Origin: an uncultured delta proteobacterium
GTDB taxonomy: Bacteria > Desulfobacterota > Binatia > Binatales > Binataceae
Direction: 5' to 3'
Length of the DNA stretch: 64,000 bases
Assembly (NCBI GenBank): GCA_963851325.1
Contig: CAWKOR010000001.1
Location: 3,508,144-3,572,143 of the forward strand
Both the position numbers and the translations under genes were made by a program. Shown piece after piece: positions 46,401 to 57,210 of this stretch; the first letter of the stretch is position 1; each line of letters opens with the position of its first letter. The notes under the pieces are model-generated. The model saw only the letters and a list, made by a program, of their open reading frames with translations. It made no database searches and was not told the DNA's origin.

Positions 46401-49400
46401 CTATTCTTGGCTCGGGCGCATCCGCCGCACCAGGATGTAAAAAACCGGCACGAACGGAATAGCTAGCAGCGTCGAGGCCATCATGCCACCGAAGACCACT
46501 GTGCCAAGGGATTGTTGACTGGCCGAGCCGGCTCCGGTGGCGGTCATCAGGGGCACCACACCGAGGATGAAAGCAATCGACGTCATCAGAATCGGGCGAA
46601 AGCGGCGGCGTGTAGCTTCGATGGCAGCTTCTTCGGTGGACATTCCACCGGCTCGCAGTTCGCGAGCAAACTCTACGATCAGAATCGCATTCTTCGCGGC
46701 GAGGGCGATCATCAGAATCAAACCGATCTGGGTATACAAATCATCCGGGAATCGCCTGACCAACAGCGCGATGACGATTCCTAACAGTGCCATCGGTACC
46801 GTCAGGATGATCGCGATGGGGTCGGACCAGCTTTCGTATTGGGCCGCGAGCACCAGGAAGACTAACGACATCGACAAACCAAACAGGAAGTAGGCCTGAT
46901 TTCCGATAAGCGTTTCCTGATAAGATAACGCGCTCCACTCGTACTCCATTCCCATTGGCATTGCGCGCGAGGCCAAGCTCTCCATTACCTTCATGGCCTC
47001 GCCCGAGCTGTAGAGTGGCATAGCTATTCCCGTGATAGCGGCGGCGGGATAGAGGTTAAAGCGCGTGACCAGCTCCGATCCAAGAACCCTCCGGATGTCC
47101 ACCAGCGAGCCTAATGGAACCATCTGACCAGTTCGGTTGCTGACGTACAGATTGGAGATGTTGTCAAGCTGGCGGCGATAATCAGCCGCCGCCTGCACGC
47201 GCACCTGAAAACTTTGGTTGAACTTGTTGAACAGGTTCACGTAGGTGGAACCGAGATTAGTCTGTAGAGTCTTGGTAATGTCAGAGGTCTCAACACCAAG
47301 CGATCTTGCCATGGTGCGATTGATATCAAGATAAAGCTGCGGGCTTTTCGCGCTGAAGGTCGTGAAACCAATTCGGAGAAAACCGGGCCGAGTCTCCGCG
47401 CTATGCAAAATATTCTGCACGGTCTTCTGTAACTCTCCCAGGCCCGCACCAGCTCGATCCTCAATGATCATCTCGAAGCCGAACGCGTTACCGACCCCCG
47501 GAATAGGAGAGGGCGGTAACACGCCAACCTGGGCGTCGCGAAGGTCCAGGAGTTTCTGAAGCTGGGCGAGAATCTTTTCCTGTGAAAAACCCGGCGGTCG
47601 CTTGCTCCATTCATCAAACACAACGAATTCTGTAAGGACGGTGGAGAGCTTTGCGGCATCAAGGGCTGAGTAACCGCCGATGGTGACCCAGCCTTTGATA
47701 CCGGGGACCTTCTTCAGTACCGCATCGATCTCGCGGGCTACCGCATGCACGCGCGGCTGTGCGGATCCAGCCGGAAGTTGCGCGACCACGATGCAGTAGC
47801 CCTGGTCCTCCAGCGGCACGAGCGTACTTGGATAGATCGCAAATCCTACCGCGGCAAGACCTACAACAGTGAAAAATACCGCTGCCATTGTGCGCGGCCG
47901 GTGCGTCATCCAGGTCACTACCGCGATGTAGTTGTTCTCCAGCGCGGAGAAGCCTCGATTGAAACCCCGATAGAACCAATTCTTTTTATGATCCTTGGGC
48001 ACCGGCCGCAGGTAGAGCGCGCATTGCGTCGGTTTCAAGGTGAGCGCGTTGATTGCACTGATAATCGCCGTCGCTGCAATCACCAATGCGAACTGCCGGA
48101 ACATCTGCCCCGTGATCCCGGGCAGAAATGAAGCCGGCAGAAATACCGATGTCAGTACCAGTGTTATGCCTAGCACCGGCCCGGTCAGCTCTTCCATCGC
48201 CTTGATCGCCGCATCTTTGGGTGTCAGCCCTTGTTCGATGTAATGCGAGGCGTTTTCCACGATCACGATCGCGTCATCAACTACAATCCCGATTGCTAGA
48301 ATTAATGCGAACAGGGTCATGAGGTTGACGGTAAAGCCTAGCAGCGCCATTGCCGCGAACGCTCCAATGATTGTCACCGGGACCGTGGTGGCAGGAACCA
48401 GCATCGCGCGGAAGTTCTGCAGGAACAGCATGATCACAACCAGCACCAGGATCCCGGCTTCGAACAGGGCCATGTATACCCCATGGATCGAATCGGAAAT
48501 GAACTGCGTTGTGTCGTATAGGCAGGTATACTTCAGGCCCGCGGGGAACCGCTTGCTCATTTCCGCGACCAACTGGCGAGTTTCAGCCGCGACCGCGAGC
48601 GCGTTGGCATCAGGCAGTGCAAAAACTGCAATGTGAGCAGTCTTCCTTCCGCTCAGTTCCGAGAAGATCGTGTACTGCTGTTGGCTTAACTCCACCCGTC
48701 CAATGTCCTTCAACCGCACCACTGCCGGAGCTTGATCGGCGGGACTCCCCGACTTCTTACTCACGGTCGCTACCGGCTGAGTCTTGACGATAATGTTTTC
48801 GAACTGTTCCGGGGTAGACAGGCGGCCGAGCACGTTGATGGTAAATTGGAAGACCTGGTTCGCTGGCGCCGGCGGACCTCCGATTTGGCCCGAGGCCACC
48901 TGCATGTTCTGGTTCTGAATGGCTCGCTGGACGTCTGTAACGGTGAGGTCGAAGGTTTGAAGCTTGTCGGGGTCCAACCACACCCGCATGCTGTATGGGC
49001 CGGCGCCGAAGATCGTGACCTGCCCGACGCCAGGCAGGCGCGCGATCGGACTCTCTAAATTGATGATGGCGTAATTGCTCAGGAAGGTCTCGTCAAACTG
49101 ATTGCTGTCCGAATAGAGGCTTTCGATTAGAAGTATGTTGGTGCTGACCTTCTTGACGTTAACGCCCTGAGCTCTAACCTCCTGAGGCAACTGCGGAAGT
49201 GCGCTGTTGACTGCGTTCTGTACTAACGCCAGCGAGGTATTCAGATTAGTGCCGATGGCAAATGTAATCGTGAGCGAGTAGCTGCCATCGCTACCGCTCG
49301 TCGACTGCATGTAGATCGATCCTTCAACGCCGTTGACCGCCTGCTCGATTGGGATGCCAACGCTGCTGGCTAGGGTAGATGCGCTGGCACCTGCATAGTT

Positions 49401-49541
49401 AGTGCTTACTTGAATGGTAGGCGGAACAATTTGCGGATATTGCGCAACCGGCAATTCATAGAGGCAGACCAGTCCTAGCAGAACCGTGATGATAGCGATC
49501 ACGTTCGCGAAGACTGGCCGTTCGATGAAAAATTTGGACAT
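46401..49541 (-). CDS. RND multidrug efflux permease (HAE1 family), paralog 2
   Basis: 1046 aa with an AcrB-like N-terminus [17 protein letters not shown]. Second of two tandem RND genes. Confidence 0.9.
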   Translation of the reverse strand: MSKFFIERPVFANVIAIITVLLGLVCLYELPVAQYPQIVPPTIQVSTNYAGASASTLASSVGIPIEQAVNGVEGSIYMQSTSGSDGSYSLTITFAIGTNLNTSLALVQNAVNSALPQLPQEVRAQGVNVKKVSTNILLIESLYSDSNQFDETFLSNYAIINLESPIARLPGVGQVTIFGAGPYSMRVWLDPDKLQTFDLTVTDVQRAIQNQNMQVASGQIGGPPAPANQVFQFTINVLGRLSTPEQFENIIVKTQPVATVSKKSGSPADQAPAVVRLKDIGRVELSQQQYTIFSELSGRKTAHIAVFALPDANALAVAAETRQLVAEMSKRFPAGLKYTCLYDTTQFISDSIHGVYMALFEAGILVLVVIMLFLQNFRAMLVPATTVPVTIIGAFAAMALLGFTVNLMTLFALILAIGIVVDDAIVIVENASHYIEQGLTPKDAAIKAMEELTGPVLGITLVLTSVFLPASFLPGITGQMFRQFALVIAATAIISAINALTLKPTQCALYLRPVPKDHKKNWFYRGFNRGFSALENNYIAVVTWMTHRPRTMAAVFFTVVGLAAVGFAIYPSTLVPLEDQGYCIVVAQLPAGSAQPRVHAVAREIDAVLKKVPGIKGWVTIGGYSALDAAKLSTVLTEFVVFDEWSKRPPGFSQEKILAQLQKLLDLRDAQVGVLPPSPIPGVGNAFGFEMIIEDRAGAGLGELQKTVQNILHSAETRPGFLRIGFTTFSAKSPQLYLDINRTMARSLGVETSDITKTLQTNLGSTYVNLFNKFNQSFQVRVQAAADYRRQLDNISNLYVSNRTGQMVPLGSLVDIRRVLGSELVTRFNLYPAAAITGIAMPLYSSGEAMKVMESLASRAMPMGMEYEWSALSYQETLIGNQAYFLFGLSMSLVFLVLAAQYESWSDPIAIILTVPMALLGIVIALLVRRFPDDLYTQIGLILMIALAAKNAILIVEFARELRAGGMSTEEAAIEATRRRFRPILMTSIAFILGVVPLMTATGAGSASQQSLGTVVFGGMMASTLLAIPFVPVFYILVRRMRPSQE
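47995..48497 (-). repeat. ~0.5-kb gene-conversion tract (about 97% nt identity to 51258-51760)
   Basis: I counted about 15 mismatches over ~500 bp versus the paralog. Flanking sequence is only ~60-70% identical. About 165 encoded residues ([16 protein letters not shown]...LRPVPKD) are identical. Confidence 0.7.
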
Positions 49542-49609
49542 GCCAGGTAGCGGCGACTAGACGATCGCGATCGTCGGGCCGACTTCCAGCGTTTTATTCA
49601 GCTTGGCCA

Positions 49610-52600
49610 TTAGTCTGCCACTTTGGGGCTGCTCTCAAGTGCAACGGGCTGGACCCCTCTACGCCGGAGCCGCCAGGCGTTGAAGTCTTCCACGATTATG
49701 AAAAACACTCCGACGAAAGGGATCGCTAGTAGGGTGGAAGCTACCATCCCACCGAAGACGACGGTGCCGAGAGACTGCTGGCTGGCAGCGCCGGCGCCGC
49801 TTGCAGTCAGAAGTGGTACGACGCCTAGGATAAAGGCGATCGATGTCATGAGAATCGGGCGAAACCGCCGCCGAGTCGCTTCGATCGCCGCGTCGACGGA
49901 CGACATTCCTTCGGCGTGGAGTTCGCGCGCGAACTCTACGATCAGAATCGCGTTCTTGGCGGCCAGGGCAATCATCAACACCAAACCGATTTGGGTGTAG
50001 AGATCGGTGGCAAAGCCGCGCACAATCAATGCTAACAGGACCCCCACCAGCGCCACCGGAACAGTGACAACCACCGCCGCCGGATCGGTCCAACTCTCGT
50101 ATTGTGCCGCAAGAACCAGGAATACCAGTACGATCGACAACGCGAAGATGAAGTAAGCCTGGTTACCGATCAACTTCTCCTGGTACGACAATCCAGTCCA
50201 GTTGTAGCCGACGCCCAAGGGGATATTTGAGCTGACTACCCGTTCCATCGTGTCAAGAGCCTCGCCGGAGCTATAGCCGGGAGCCGGCCGTCCGATTACC
50301 GGCGCACCCGGATAAAGGTTGTAGCGGGTGATAAGCTCGGTCCCCAGAATTCTGCGCGTGGTCAAGATGGCGCCTAGCGGCACCATCTGGCCGCTCCGAT
50401 TGGCGACATACAAGTTCGATATGTCTTCAAGCTGGCGACGGTAGTCGGCGCCCGCCTGTACCCGCACCTGAAAACTCTGATTGAACTTGTTGAACAGGTT
50501 TACGTAACTCGAACCTAGGTAGGTCTCGAGAGTTTGAAACGTATCCTTGATCGTGACGCCCAGCGATTCCGCCATGGTGCGATTCAGATCAAGTTCAAGC
50601 TGCGGACTTCTCGCATTGAATGTTGTGGTAGTGTCGCGGAGTTCGGGCGCGCGGTCCGCCTCCAACAACACCCTTTGCGCGACCTTCTCAAGCTCGCCCA
50701 ACCCTACACCGGTGCGATCCTCAAGCACCATCTGGAAGCCGCCTGCCCCGCCTAGTCCAGGTATTGGTGGTGGGATGAGAACGTCGAATTCCGCTTTTCG
50801 AATTGACTGAAGTCGCTGACGGAGATCACTAACTATCCGAGTCTGGGAAAGATCGTTAGAACGTTTGTCCCAGTCCTCGTACATCACATATTCGGTGATT
50901 ACGTTGGAAAGGTTCGCAGAGTCAGGATCGCTGAATCCGCCGCTCGTCACCCACCCTTTGACGCCGGGGACCTTCTTTAGCACCGCATCGATCTCGCGGG
51001 CTACCGCATGCACTCGCGGCTGCGCGGATCCAGCAGGAAGTTGCGCCACCACGACGCAGTAGCCCTGGTCCTCGGTTGGCAAGAATGCGGTTGGATGACG
51101 CCCAAAGCCTAGTGCCGTCAGGCCGATAACCACGAAGAACAGGGCGGCCATATTGCGCGGCCGGTGCGCCATCCACGCGACGACTCCTATGTAGCGGCTC
51201 TCCAGCGCTGCGTAACCTCGGTTGAAGGCCTGATAGAATCGGTTCACCTGCCGGTCTTTGGGCACCGGCCGCAGGTAGAGCGCGCATTGCGTCGGTTTCA
51301 GGGTGAGCGCGTTGATCGCACTGATAATCGCCGTCGCTGCAATTACCAGCGCGAACTGCCGGAACATCTGCCCCGTGATCCCGGGCAGAAACGAAGCCGG
51401 CAGAAATACCGATGTCAGGACCAGCGTGATGCCTAGCACTGGCCCGGTCAGCTCTTCCATCGCCTTGATCGCCGCATCTTTGGGTGTCAGCCCTTGTTCG
51501 ATGTAATGCGAGGCGTTTTCCACGATCACGATCGCGTCATCAACTACGATCCCGATTGCTAGAATTAATGCGAACAGGGTCATGAGGTTAACTGTGAAGC
51601 CTAACAGCGCCATCGCCGCGAACGCTCCAATGATTGTCACCGGGACCGTGGTGGCAGGAACCAGCATCGCGCGGAAGTTCTGCAGGAACAGCATGATCAC
51701 AACCAGCACCAGGATCCCGGCCTCGAACAGGGCCATGTATACCCCATGGATCGAATCGCGGATGAAGGTTGAGCTGTCCAGCATCGCGGTGTACTTCATG
51801 CCGGTCGGGAACTTCTCGCTCATCTTGTCCATCAACTGTCGCACTTCCTGCGCGACTTTTAGCGAGTTGGCGCCCGGCAATGTATAGACGTTTATCTGGG
51901 CGGCCTTCTTACCGCTCAATCCCGAAAATGTCGTAAAGGCCTGCTGACTAAGTTCGACCTTGCCGATATCTTTCACCCGTACCACCGCCGCAGTTTGATC
52001 AGCTTGGCCGGGTCCAGATGGTTGGGCATTTTCTCCAGAAGGAGTCGCTACCTTGACGATGATGTTTTCGAACTCGGAGACGCTCGAGAGTCGGCCAAGC
52101 GTATTGACGGTGAATTGAAAGACCTGATCCTTCGGTACCGGCGGACCGCCTAACTGCCCCGATGCAACTTGAACATTCTGGTTCTGAATCGCCTGCTGAA
52201 CGTCGATCACGGTGAGTCCGTATGCGTTCAGCTTCACTGGATCGAGCCAGACGCGCATTCCATAGGGTCCTGCGCCGAGCACCTGGACCTGCCCGACACC
52301 CGGAAGGCGCGCGATCGGGTTCTGCAAATTGATTATTGCGTAGTTGCTAAGGAAGGTTTCATCGAAACGGTTGTCGTCAGAATAGAGACTTCCGATGAGC
52401 AGGATGTTGGTGCTTACTTTTTGAATGCTGACGCCTTGCGTCTGCACCGCGTCAGGCAATTGCGATAGCGCACTGTTCACCGAGTTCTGAACGAGGGCGA
52501 TCGCGGCATTAAGGTCGGTGCCGACCGCGAATGTAATAGTGAGGGTGTAGGTGCCATCGCTACCGCTGGTCGATTGCATGTAGATGGAACCTTCGACGCC

Positions 52601-52810
52601 ATTTACTCCTTGCTCGATGGGTATTGCGACGGTGTTTGCCACTACCTCGGCGCTCGCACCAGGGTAGTTGGTACTTACGCGAATGGTGGGCGGAACTATT
52701 TCCGGGTACTCCGCGACGGGCAGCCTGAGCAAGCAGACGAGGCCCAGAACGATCGTTACGATGGCGATTACATTGGATAGTATCGGCCTTTCGATGAAAA
52801 ACCTGGACAC
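49610..52810 (-). CDS. RND multidrug efflux permease (HAE1 family), paralog 1
   Basis: 1066 aa starting MSRFFIERPILSNVIAI. Overall about 75% aa identity to paralog 2. Confidence 0.9.
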   Translation of the reverse strand: MSRFFIERPILSNVIAIVTIVLGLVCLLRLPVAEYPEIVPPTIRVSTNYPGASAEVVANTVAIPIEQGVNGVEGSIYMQSTSGSDGTYTLTITFAVGTDLNAAIALVQNSVNSALSQLPDAVQTQGVSIQKVSTNILLIGSLYSDDNRFDETFLSNYAIINLQNPIARLPGVGQVQVLGAGPYGMRVWLDPVKLNAYGLTVIDVQQAIQNQNVQVASGQLGGPPVPKDQVFQFTVNTLGRLSSVSEFENIIVKVATPSGENAQPSGPGQADQTAAVVRVKDIGKVELSQQAFTTFSGLSGKKAAQINVYTLPGANSLKVAQEVRQLMDKMSEKFPTGMKYTAMLDSSTFIRDSIHGVYMALFEAGILVLVVIMLFLQNFRAMLVPATTVPVTIIGAFAAMALLGFTVNLMTLFALILAIGIVVDDAIVIVENASHYIEQGLTPKDAAIKAMEELTGPVLGITLVLTSVFLPASFLPGITGQMFRQFALVIAATAIISAINALTLKPTQCALYLRPVPKDRQVNRFYQAFNRGYAALESRYIGVVAWMAHRPRNMAALFFVVIGLTALGFGRHPTAFLPTEDQGYCVVVAQLPAGSAQPRVHAVAREIDAVLKKVPGVKGWVTSGGFSDPDSANLSNVITEYVMYEDWDKRSNDLSQTRIVSDLRQRLQSIRKAEFDVLIPPPIPGLGGAGGFQMVLEDRTGVGLGELEKVAQRVLLEADRAPELRDTTTTFNARSPQLELDLNRTMAESLGVTIKDTFQTLETYLGSSYVNLFNKFNQSFQVRVQAGADYRRQLEDISNLYVANRSGQMVPLGAILTTRRILGTELITRYNLYPGAPVIGRPAPGYSSGEALDTMERVVSSNIPLGVGYNWTGLSYQEKLIGNQAYFIFALSIVLVFLVLAAQYESWTDPAAVVVTVPVALVGVLLALIVRGFATDLYTQIGLVLMIALAAKNAILIVEFARELHAEGMSSVDAAIEATRRRFRPILMTSIAFILGVVPLLTASGAGAASQQSLGTVVFGGMVASTLLAIPFVGVFFIIVEDFNAWRLRRRGVQPVALESSPKVAD
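51258..51760 (-). repeat. partner of the gene-conversion tract (see 47995-48497)
   Basis: Same near-identical segment inside the upstream RND paralog. Confidence 0.7.
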
Positions 52811-52828
52811 CGAATGACTCTCGAGACC

Positions 52829-54043
52829 TTACTTCACCGCCGCCCTGGGTGTTTTGCCGGCAACCTCTCGTTGCGGTGAAACCACCCGGCCGGGAATAGC
52901 CTGGAGTATACCTTCGACAATGACCCAATCGTCGCGCCGTAGTCCTTTTTCGATCGCCTGCAGGTCTCCAACCTGGGGACCTAGAGTTACGCTGCGGCGT
53001 TCTACAAGATTCTTGTCATTGACCAGGAGCAGATACTCTCCCTGCTGATCAAAGTTGACCGCGTCAGCCGGAACCATCAACGCATCTTCCATGAGTGCGG
53101 CCGGTACCCGGATCCGGACAAAGAGTCCTGGCAGAATGGTAAGATCGCGATTGGGGAAGATGCCCCGCAATTGGAGTGTCCCGGTAGTAGAAGAAACAGA
53201 AATGGAGGCAAAATCCAGCAAGCCTGTGTGCGGATAGTTCTTTTCGTTCGAGAGTTCGAATTGTGCAGGGATTTTCCGTTCGGCGAGAGATTTGCCGGTC
53301 AGTCCCTTGTTTTCGGCCACGATGCGTAGAAGGTCGCGCTCGTTAATCGTAAAGTAGACGTATATCGGATCGATGCGATCGATCTGCGCCAGCTCCGTCG
53401 GTTGCCCTACCGAACCCACCAGGTTGCCGGGATTCACCAGATGCCTGCCGATGCGGCCGTCAAACGGCGCTCTGACTGTGGTGTAGCCAAGGTTAAGCTT
53501 CGCGATCTCGACCTGTGCTTGCGCGGACAGCACACCTGCCGTTGCGTTGTCTTTTTCGTAGCGCCAGTGGTCAACTTCGGTTTGGGTTGCGGCGTCTTCC
53601 TTGAGCAGGTTCGTATAACGCGCCAGCTCCTTGTTGGCATGCCAAAGAGATGCTTTTTGAGCTGCGAGCTGAGCCTGGGCCTGTTGCAGTTGCGCCTTGT
53701 ACTGATCCTGCTGGATGGTGAACAAAAGCTCGCCTTTCTTGACGCGCGCTCCATCCGCGAAATGTACTGACTGAAGAAAGCCTTCAACTCGCGCCACGAG
53801 GCTTACAGAATCGGTCGCAGCAGTGTTACCCGTGAACTCCAGATAGTCGGTGACAGTCTGGATGACAGGCTTGGCCACCGTCACTTGCGCTGGAGGCGGC
53901 GTCGAGTCGCTTCGGCGACATCCTGCCACTATCGCAGCCAGGCCAATTGCCAGTCCAATCGCGGCTACGAGGTTGCCGTAGCCTCTCCAAGTGCGATTGG
54001 CAGTGCTGGTTCCGGATCTCATGGTTAAGCTGACTCGATTCAA
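52829..54043 (-). CDS. RND efflux periplasmic adaptor (MFP)
   Basis: 404 aa with a signal/lipobox-like N-terminus (AAIVAGC) and MFP coiled-coil and barrel motifs. Confidence 0.85.
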   Translation of the reverse strand: MNRVSLTMRSGTSTANRTWRGYGNLVAAIGLAIGLAAIVAGCRRSDSTPPPAQVTVAKPVIQTVTDYLEFTGNTAATDSVSLVARVEGFLQSVHFADGARVKKGELLFTIQQDQYKAQLQQAQAQLAAQKASLWHANKELARYTNLLKEDAATQTEVDHWRYEKDNATAGVLSAQAQVEIAKLNLGYTTVRAPFDGRIGRHLVNPGNLVGSVGQPTELAQIDRIDPIYVYFTINERDLLRIVAENKGLTGKSLAERKIPAQFELSNEKNYPHTGLLDFASISVSSTTGTLQLRGIFPNRDLTILPGLFVRIRVPAALMEDALMVPADAVNFDQQGEYLLLVNDKNLVERRSVTLGPQVGDLQAIEKGLRRDDWVIVEGILQAIPGRVVSPQREVAGKTPRAAVK

Positions 54044-54047
54044 TGCC

Positions 54048-55643
54048 CTAGAATTCCGGCAAGCGTACCAGCGGCTTCTGCTCGTCGCTCGCCGATGGAA
54101 GTCCGGGAGCCTTAGGATGGATCAAGCCCGGCGTTAAGAGAGTTCCCCAGTTGGTGCGCTTCGTCATCTCGCGCTGCGTTTGCGGCGGAACAAAGTCATG
54201 ACCTTCGCGAATTTCCCATCCGCCTCCCATAGCACGATAAGTAGAGACAAACCCCAGCGCTATGCTGCCGGTCGCAAGCGCGAGATCGTTCTGCGCCTGA
54301 AACAGATTCTGCTCGGCAGTTAACACGGTCGTGAAGTCCGCGATACCTTCCCGATACTGAATCAAAGCAATGTTCAATGCTCCGGTTGCCGCCTTAACAC
54401 TGGCCTTCAAAAACTCGGCCTGTCTGCGCGACTGAACGAACGTGCTGACGCCGTTTTCGACTTCCTTTTGCGCGTTGAGGACGGTGTTTTGATAGTTAAT
54501 GATCGCCTCCTGAAATTTCGCATCCTGGACGCGCACATTGTTTGTGATCTGACCGTAGTTGAAGACATTCCACTGAACCGCGGGCCCTGCTCCGAAAGCC
54601 AGCGTCGTCTTGCTGAAGACGTCGCCAAGGCTGGCCTTGGCAATGTTGGTGGAAAAGGTTCCGACGTTTCCTGTCAATGTGAAGGCGGGCAGTAGATCGG
54701 CCTTGGCGAATCCGATCTGCGCGCACTGCGCGGCCGCAGTCAGTTCGGCCGCCCGGACGTCAGGCCGTCTTCGCAGCAGGTCCGCCGGCATTCCGACAGT
54801 CAGGTTGGTATGAGTGGCAGGAATCCCGGAAGAGTTTGCCAACAGATCGTCCGACAACCCGGGCGGCGCACCCAGCAATACGCTCAGTGCGTTTTTCGAT
54901 TGAGCCAGCTGATTGCTCAGTTGAGGGATGGTAGCCTGGGTCGCGCCGAGAACATCTTCTGCCTGGTAAACATCGCGCTTGGTAGCGGTGCCGAAGCGAA
55001 ACTTGGCGCGCGCGATCTTCAGGGCCTTTTCCTGTCGGACTACGTTGTCTCGGGCAATCTCAACTTGAGCCTCGATAGTGCGGATTTGGATGTAAGCCGT
55101 AGCCACGTCTGCGACCAGGCTCACCAACGCATCATCGTAGTTCGCAACCGAGGCAAGAAAGGCGTCATCCGCAGACTCGATAGCGCGGCGCAGCTTTCCC
55201 CATAGGTCGATCTCCCACGCTGCCTGTGCGCCGAACGCATCCGACCAGTAGGTATTGGTGTTTAGAATGTAAGGTAACGAGCCAGGGATCCGGTTGTAGG
55301 TTAGCGATGCGCTTGCGACCTGTTGTTGCGGATAGAACTCGCCGATCGCGACACCGAGTTGCGCGCGCGCTTGCAGAACCCGGACCCCGGCGGCCCGCAG
55401 CGTCAGGTTGTTCCGATACGCAAGCCCAACCAGGCGGGTCAGGTCGGCGTCATTAAAGACCGCCCACCAATCGCGATATTGCGGGGATCCGACCTCGACC
55501 TCAGAACTGCCTGACGAACTCCACTTGGCAGCGACCGGAGCGGACGGCGGTTTGAAATCCGGACCGACCAGCATGCAGCCGGCCACGCTTATCGACAAAA
55601 GAAAAAAGAAACGTCGCCCTGGCGGGATCCGACGCGCAGTCAT
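54048..55643 (-). CDS. efflux outer-membrane factor lipoprotein (NodT/OprM family)
   Basis: 531 aa with a lipobox LLSISVAGC and the TolC-like repeat architecture. Confidence 0.85.
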   Translation of the reverse strand: MTARRIPPGRRFFFLLSISVAGCMLVGPDFKPPSAPVAAKWSSSGSSEVEVGSPQYRDWWAVFNDADLTRLVGLAYRNNLTLRAAGVRVLQARAQLGVAIGEFYPQQQVASASLTYNRIPGSLPYILNTNTYWSDAFGAQAAWEIDLWGKLRRAIESADDAFLASVANYDDALVSLVADVATAYIQIRTIEAQVEIARDNVVRQEKALKIARAKFRFGTATKRDVYQAEDVLGATQATIPQLSNQLAQSKNALSVLLGAPPGLSDDLLANSSGIPATHTNLTVGMPADLLRRRPDVRAAELTAAAQCAQIGFAKADLLPAFTLTGNVGTFSTNIAKASLGDVFSKTTLAFGAGPAVQWNVFNYGQITNNVRVQDAKFQEAIINYQNTVLNAQKEVENGVSTFVQSRRQAEFLKASVKAATGALNIALIQYREGIADFTTVLTAEQNLFQAQNDLALATGSIALGFVSTYRAMGGGWEIREGHDFVPPQTQREMTKRTNWGTLLTPGLIHPKAPGLPSASDEQKPLVRLPEF

Positions 55644-56014
55644 CCAGAGGTCCCTTGGCGGTTCGCCTCTTTCAAATGTTGGAAGAAGCCGACCGGGTCT
55701 TGTTTGATCTTTTCTTTCGCGCCGGGGTGCTCCTCCAGATATTTCGCGAGCTTCGGGTGTTGCGCGAGATACTTCGGATCGTCGATCAGCTTCGGATTTT
55801 TCTTCAGCTCGCCCGCGACCTCGTCAAGCTTGGCCTCCTTGAGCTTCCGGAGGCGTTCGCCAAGCAATCCTTCTTCTGCTATCTGCTTTCCGCCCGATGC
55901 GACCGCGGGTGACGAATGAAACCTTGTCTCGCTCAGCGGAGCGCAGAACCCCGGAGTGGCGTTGATGAGAACCGCCGCGATTATCAACCAGAGTATTTTT
56001 TGCACTAGCGGCAT
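55640..56014 (-). CDS. small secreted hypothetical protein (Lys-rich helical, Spy/ZraP-like?)
   Basis: The internal Met at 56014 gives a signal peptide MPLVQKILWLIIAAVLINATPGFCAP. Its stop overlaps the OMF start by 4 nt. Confidence 0.45.
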   Translation of the reverse strand: MPLVQKILWLIIAAVLINATPGFCAPLSETRFHSSPAVASGGKQIAEEGLLGERLRKLKEAKLDEVAGELKKNPKLIDDPKYLAQHPKLAKYLEEHPGAKEKIKQDPVGFFQHLKEANRQGTSG

Positions 56015-56116
56015 GCGTACCACGTTGTAGCAATTAACGGCAACATCGTGCGCACGCTGGCCCAATTTTCAGAGGCATGATCATTCGCCGGCCTGCGATG
56101 GATTGTTGATGCCTTG

Positions 56117-57208
56117 TCAGCGGACATAGATCGGGTTCGAGTAAATCCACGGATGACCGCCGCGGTAGGCTTCGACGCGATAGACCGCTGCGCCAGTGGG
56201 CTTGAACTCGAAGCTCGAAACATGCGTCCCCGACGCGAACTCACTTCCGTTGCCGAGGATCACCACCTTGTCGGCCTCCAACGGCATCTCGACTTTGAGC
56301 TTCAGCCCGGGCGCCATCGTAACCTCGTCGCCCATCATCACCTTGCGATCACCCACCTGGGCAAAGAACGCGAAGGTGGGAACATAGCCGAGAAAGTCGA
56401 AACTCACGTATGCGTGCCCATGCTTGAGAGCGTCGAGGATCGGATCGGCCTGCCGCTCGGGCGCGATGATGTGAGTGGTGTAGATCTGGAAGATCTGTTC
56501 GAAGGTTCCGACGTGCGCGCCCATCACGGCCATGTTCGGTGCGGCTCCGACGCCCGCGACCAGCGCGACCCGCGCGCCGGCGATACGATCGTAAATCGCA
56601 ACATCGTCGGGCAGGGTATCGAGGCCGGCGAAAAAGTGATCGGCGCCGAAAAACACGCCGCGCAGATAAATCCCTAACGAGCCGTGCGAATGCCACGCGC
56701 GATCGAGGTTGTAGATTTCGACCGCGTCGGCAAGCGCGTACTGGTCGGGAGAATCGAAGCCGGCGAGGTTGGTCGCAAGCGCCAGCGCGTGTTGATCGTG
56801 AATCTGGCGGATGAGGTCGCCGTTCTCATCGATCGGATGCTGCAGATTGAGCGCCACGATCTCGGCGCCATGCTGCCCGACCTTGAACGCGGCGCCGGGA
56901 AAGAACAGCACGTTGCTGGTAAAGCCGGAGATCCCGAAGTCGGTGGAATTCTTTTGCGCGTAGTCACCCAGAAAAACGAAATCGATCTGCGCGGCGCTGG
57001 CGATCTCCGCGAGCTTGCTTTGATCGAGGCCCGACTGCCGCATCCTGCAATCGATCACGCCGCGATAGTCGCGCAGTTGCGGAAACTCCAGCGCAGGCGC
57101 GACCTCGCGCCCGCTGGGCAACTCGGTGCTCGGCAGCGATCCGCCGCATCCTGCCGCGATGCAGATCGCAAAGACCATCGCCAGAACCCGCGTCGTCGCA
57201 ATCGGCAT
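56117..57208 (-). CDS. CehA/McbA-family (PHP-like) lipoprotein with a degenerate N-terminal His motif
   Basis: ATG at 57208. It has a lipobox (ICIAAGCGG) and the C-terminal RGGHPWIYSNPIYV motif typical of the CehA/McbA family. The expected DLHxH motif is replaced by VIDCRMR. Confidence 0.5.
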   Translation of the reverse strand: MPIATTRVLAMVFAICIAAGCGGSLPSTELPSGREVAPALEFPQLRDYRGVIDCRMRQSGLDQSKLAEIASAAQIDFVFLGDYAQKNSTDFGISGFTSNVLFFPGAAFKVGQHGAEIVALNLQHPIDENGDLIRQIHDQHALALATNLAGFDSPDQYALADAVEIYNLDRAWHSHGSLGIYLRGVFFGADHFFAGLDTLPDDVAIYDRIAGARVALVAGVGAAPNMAVMGAHVGTFEQIFQIYTTHIIAPERQADPILDALKHGHAYVSFDFLGYVPTFAFFAQVGDRKVMMGDEVTMAPGLKLKVEMPLEADKVVILGNGSEFASGTHVSSFEFKPTGAAVYRVEAYRGGHPWIYSNPIYVR

Positions 57209-57210
57209 CG

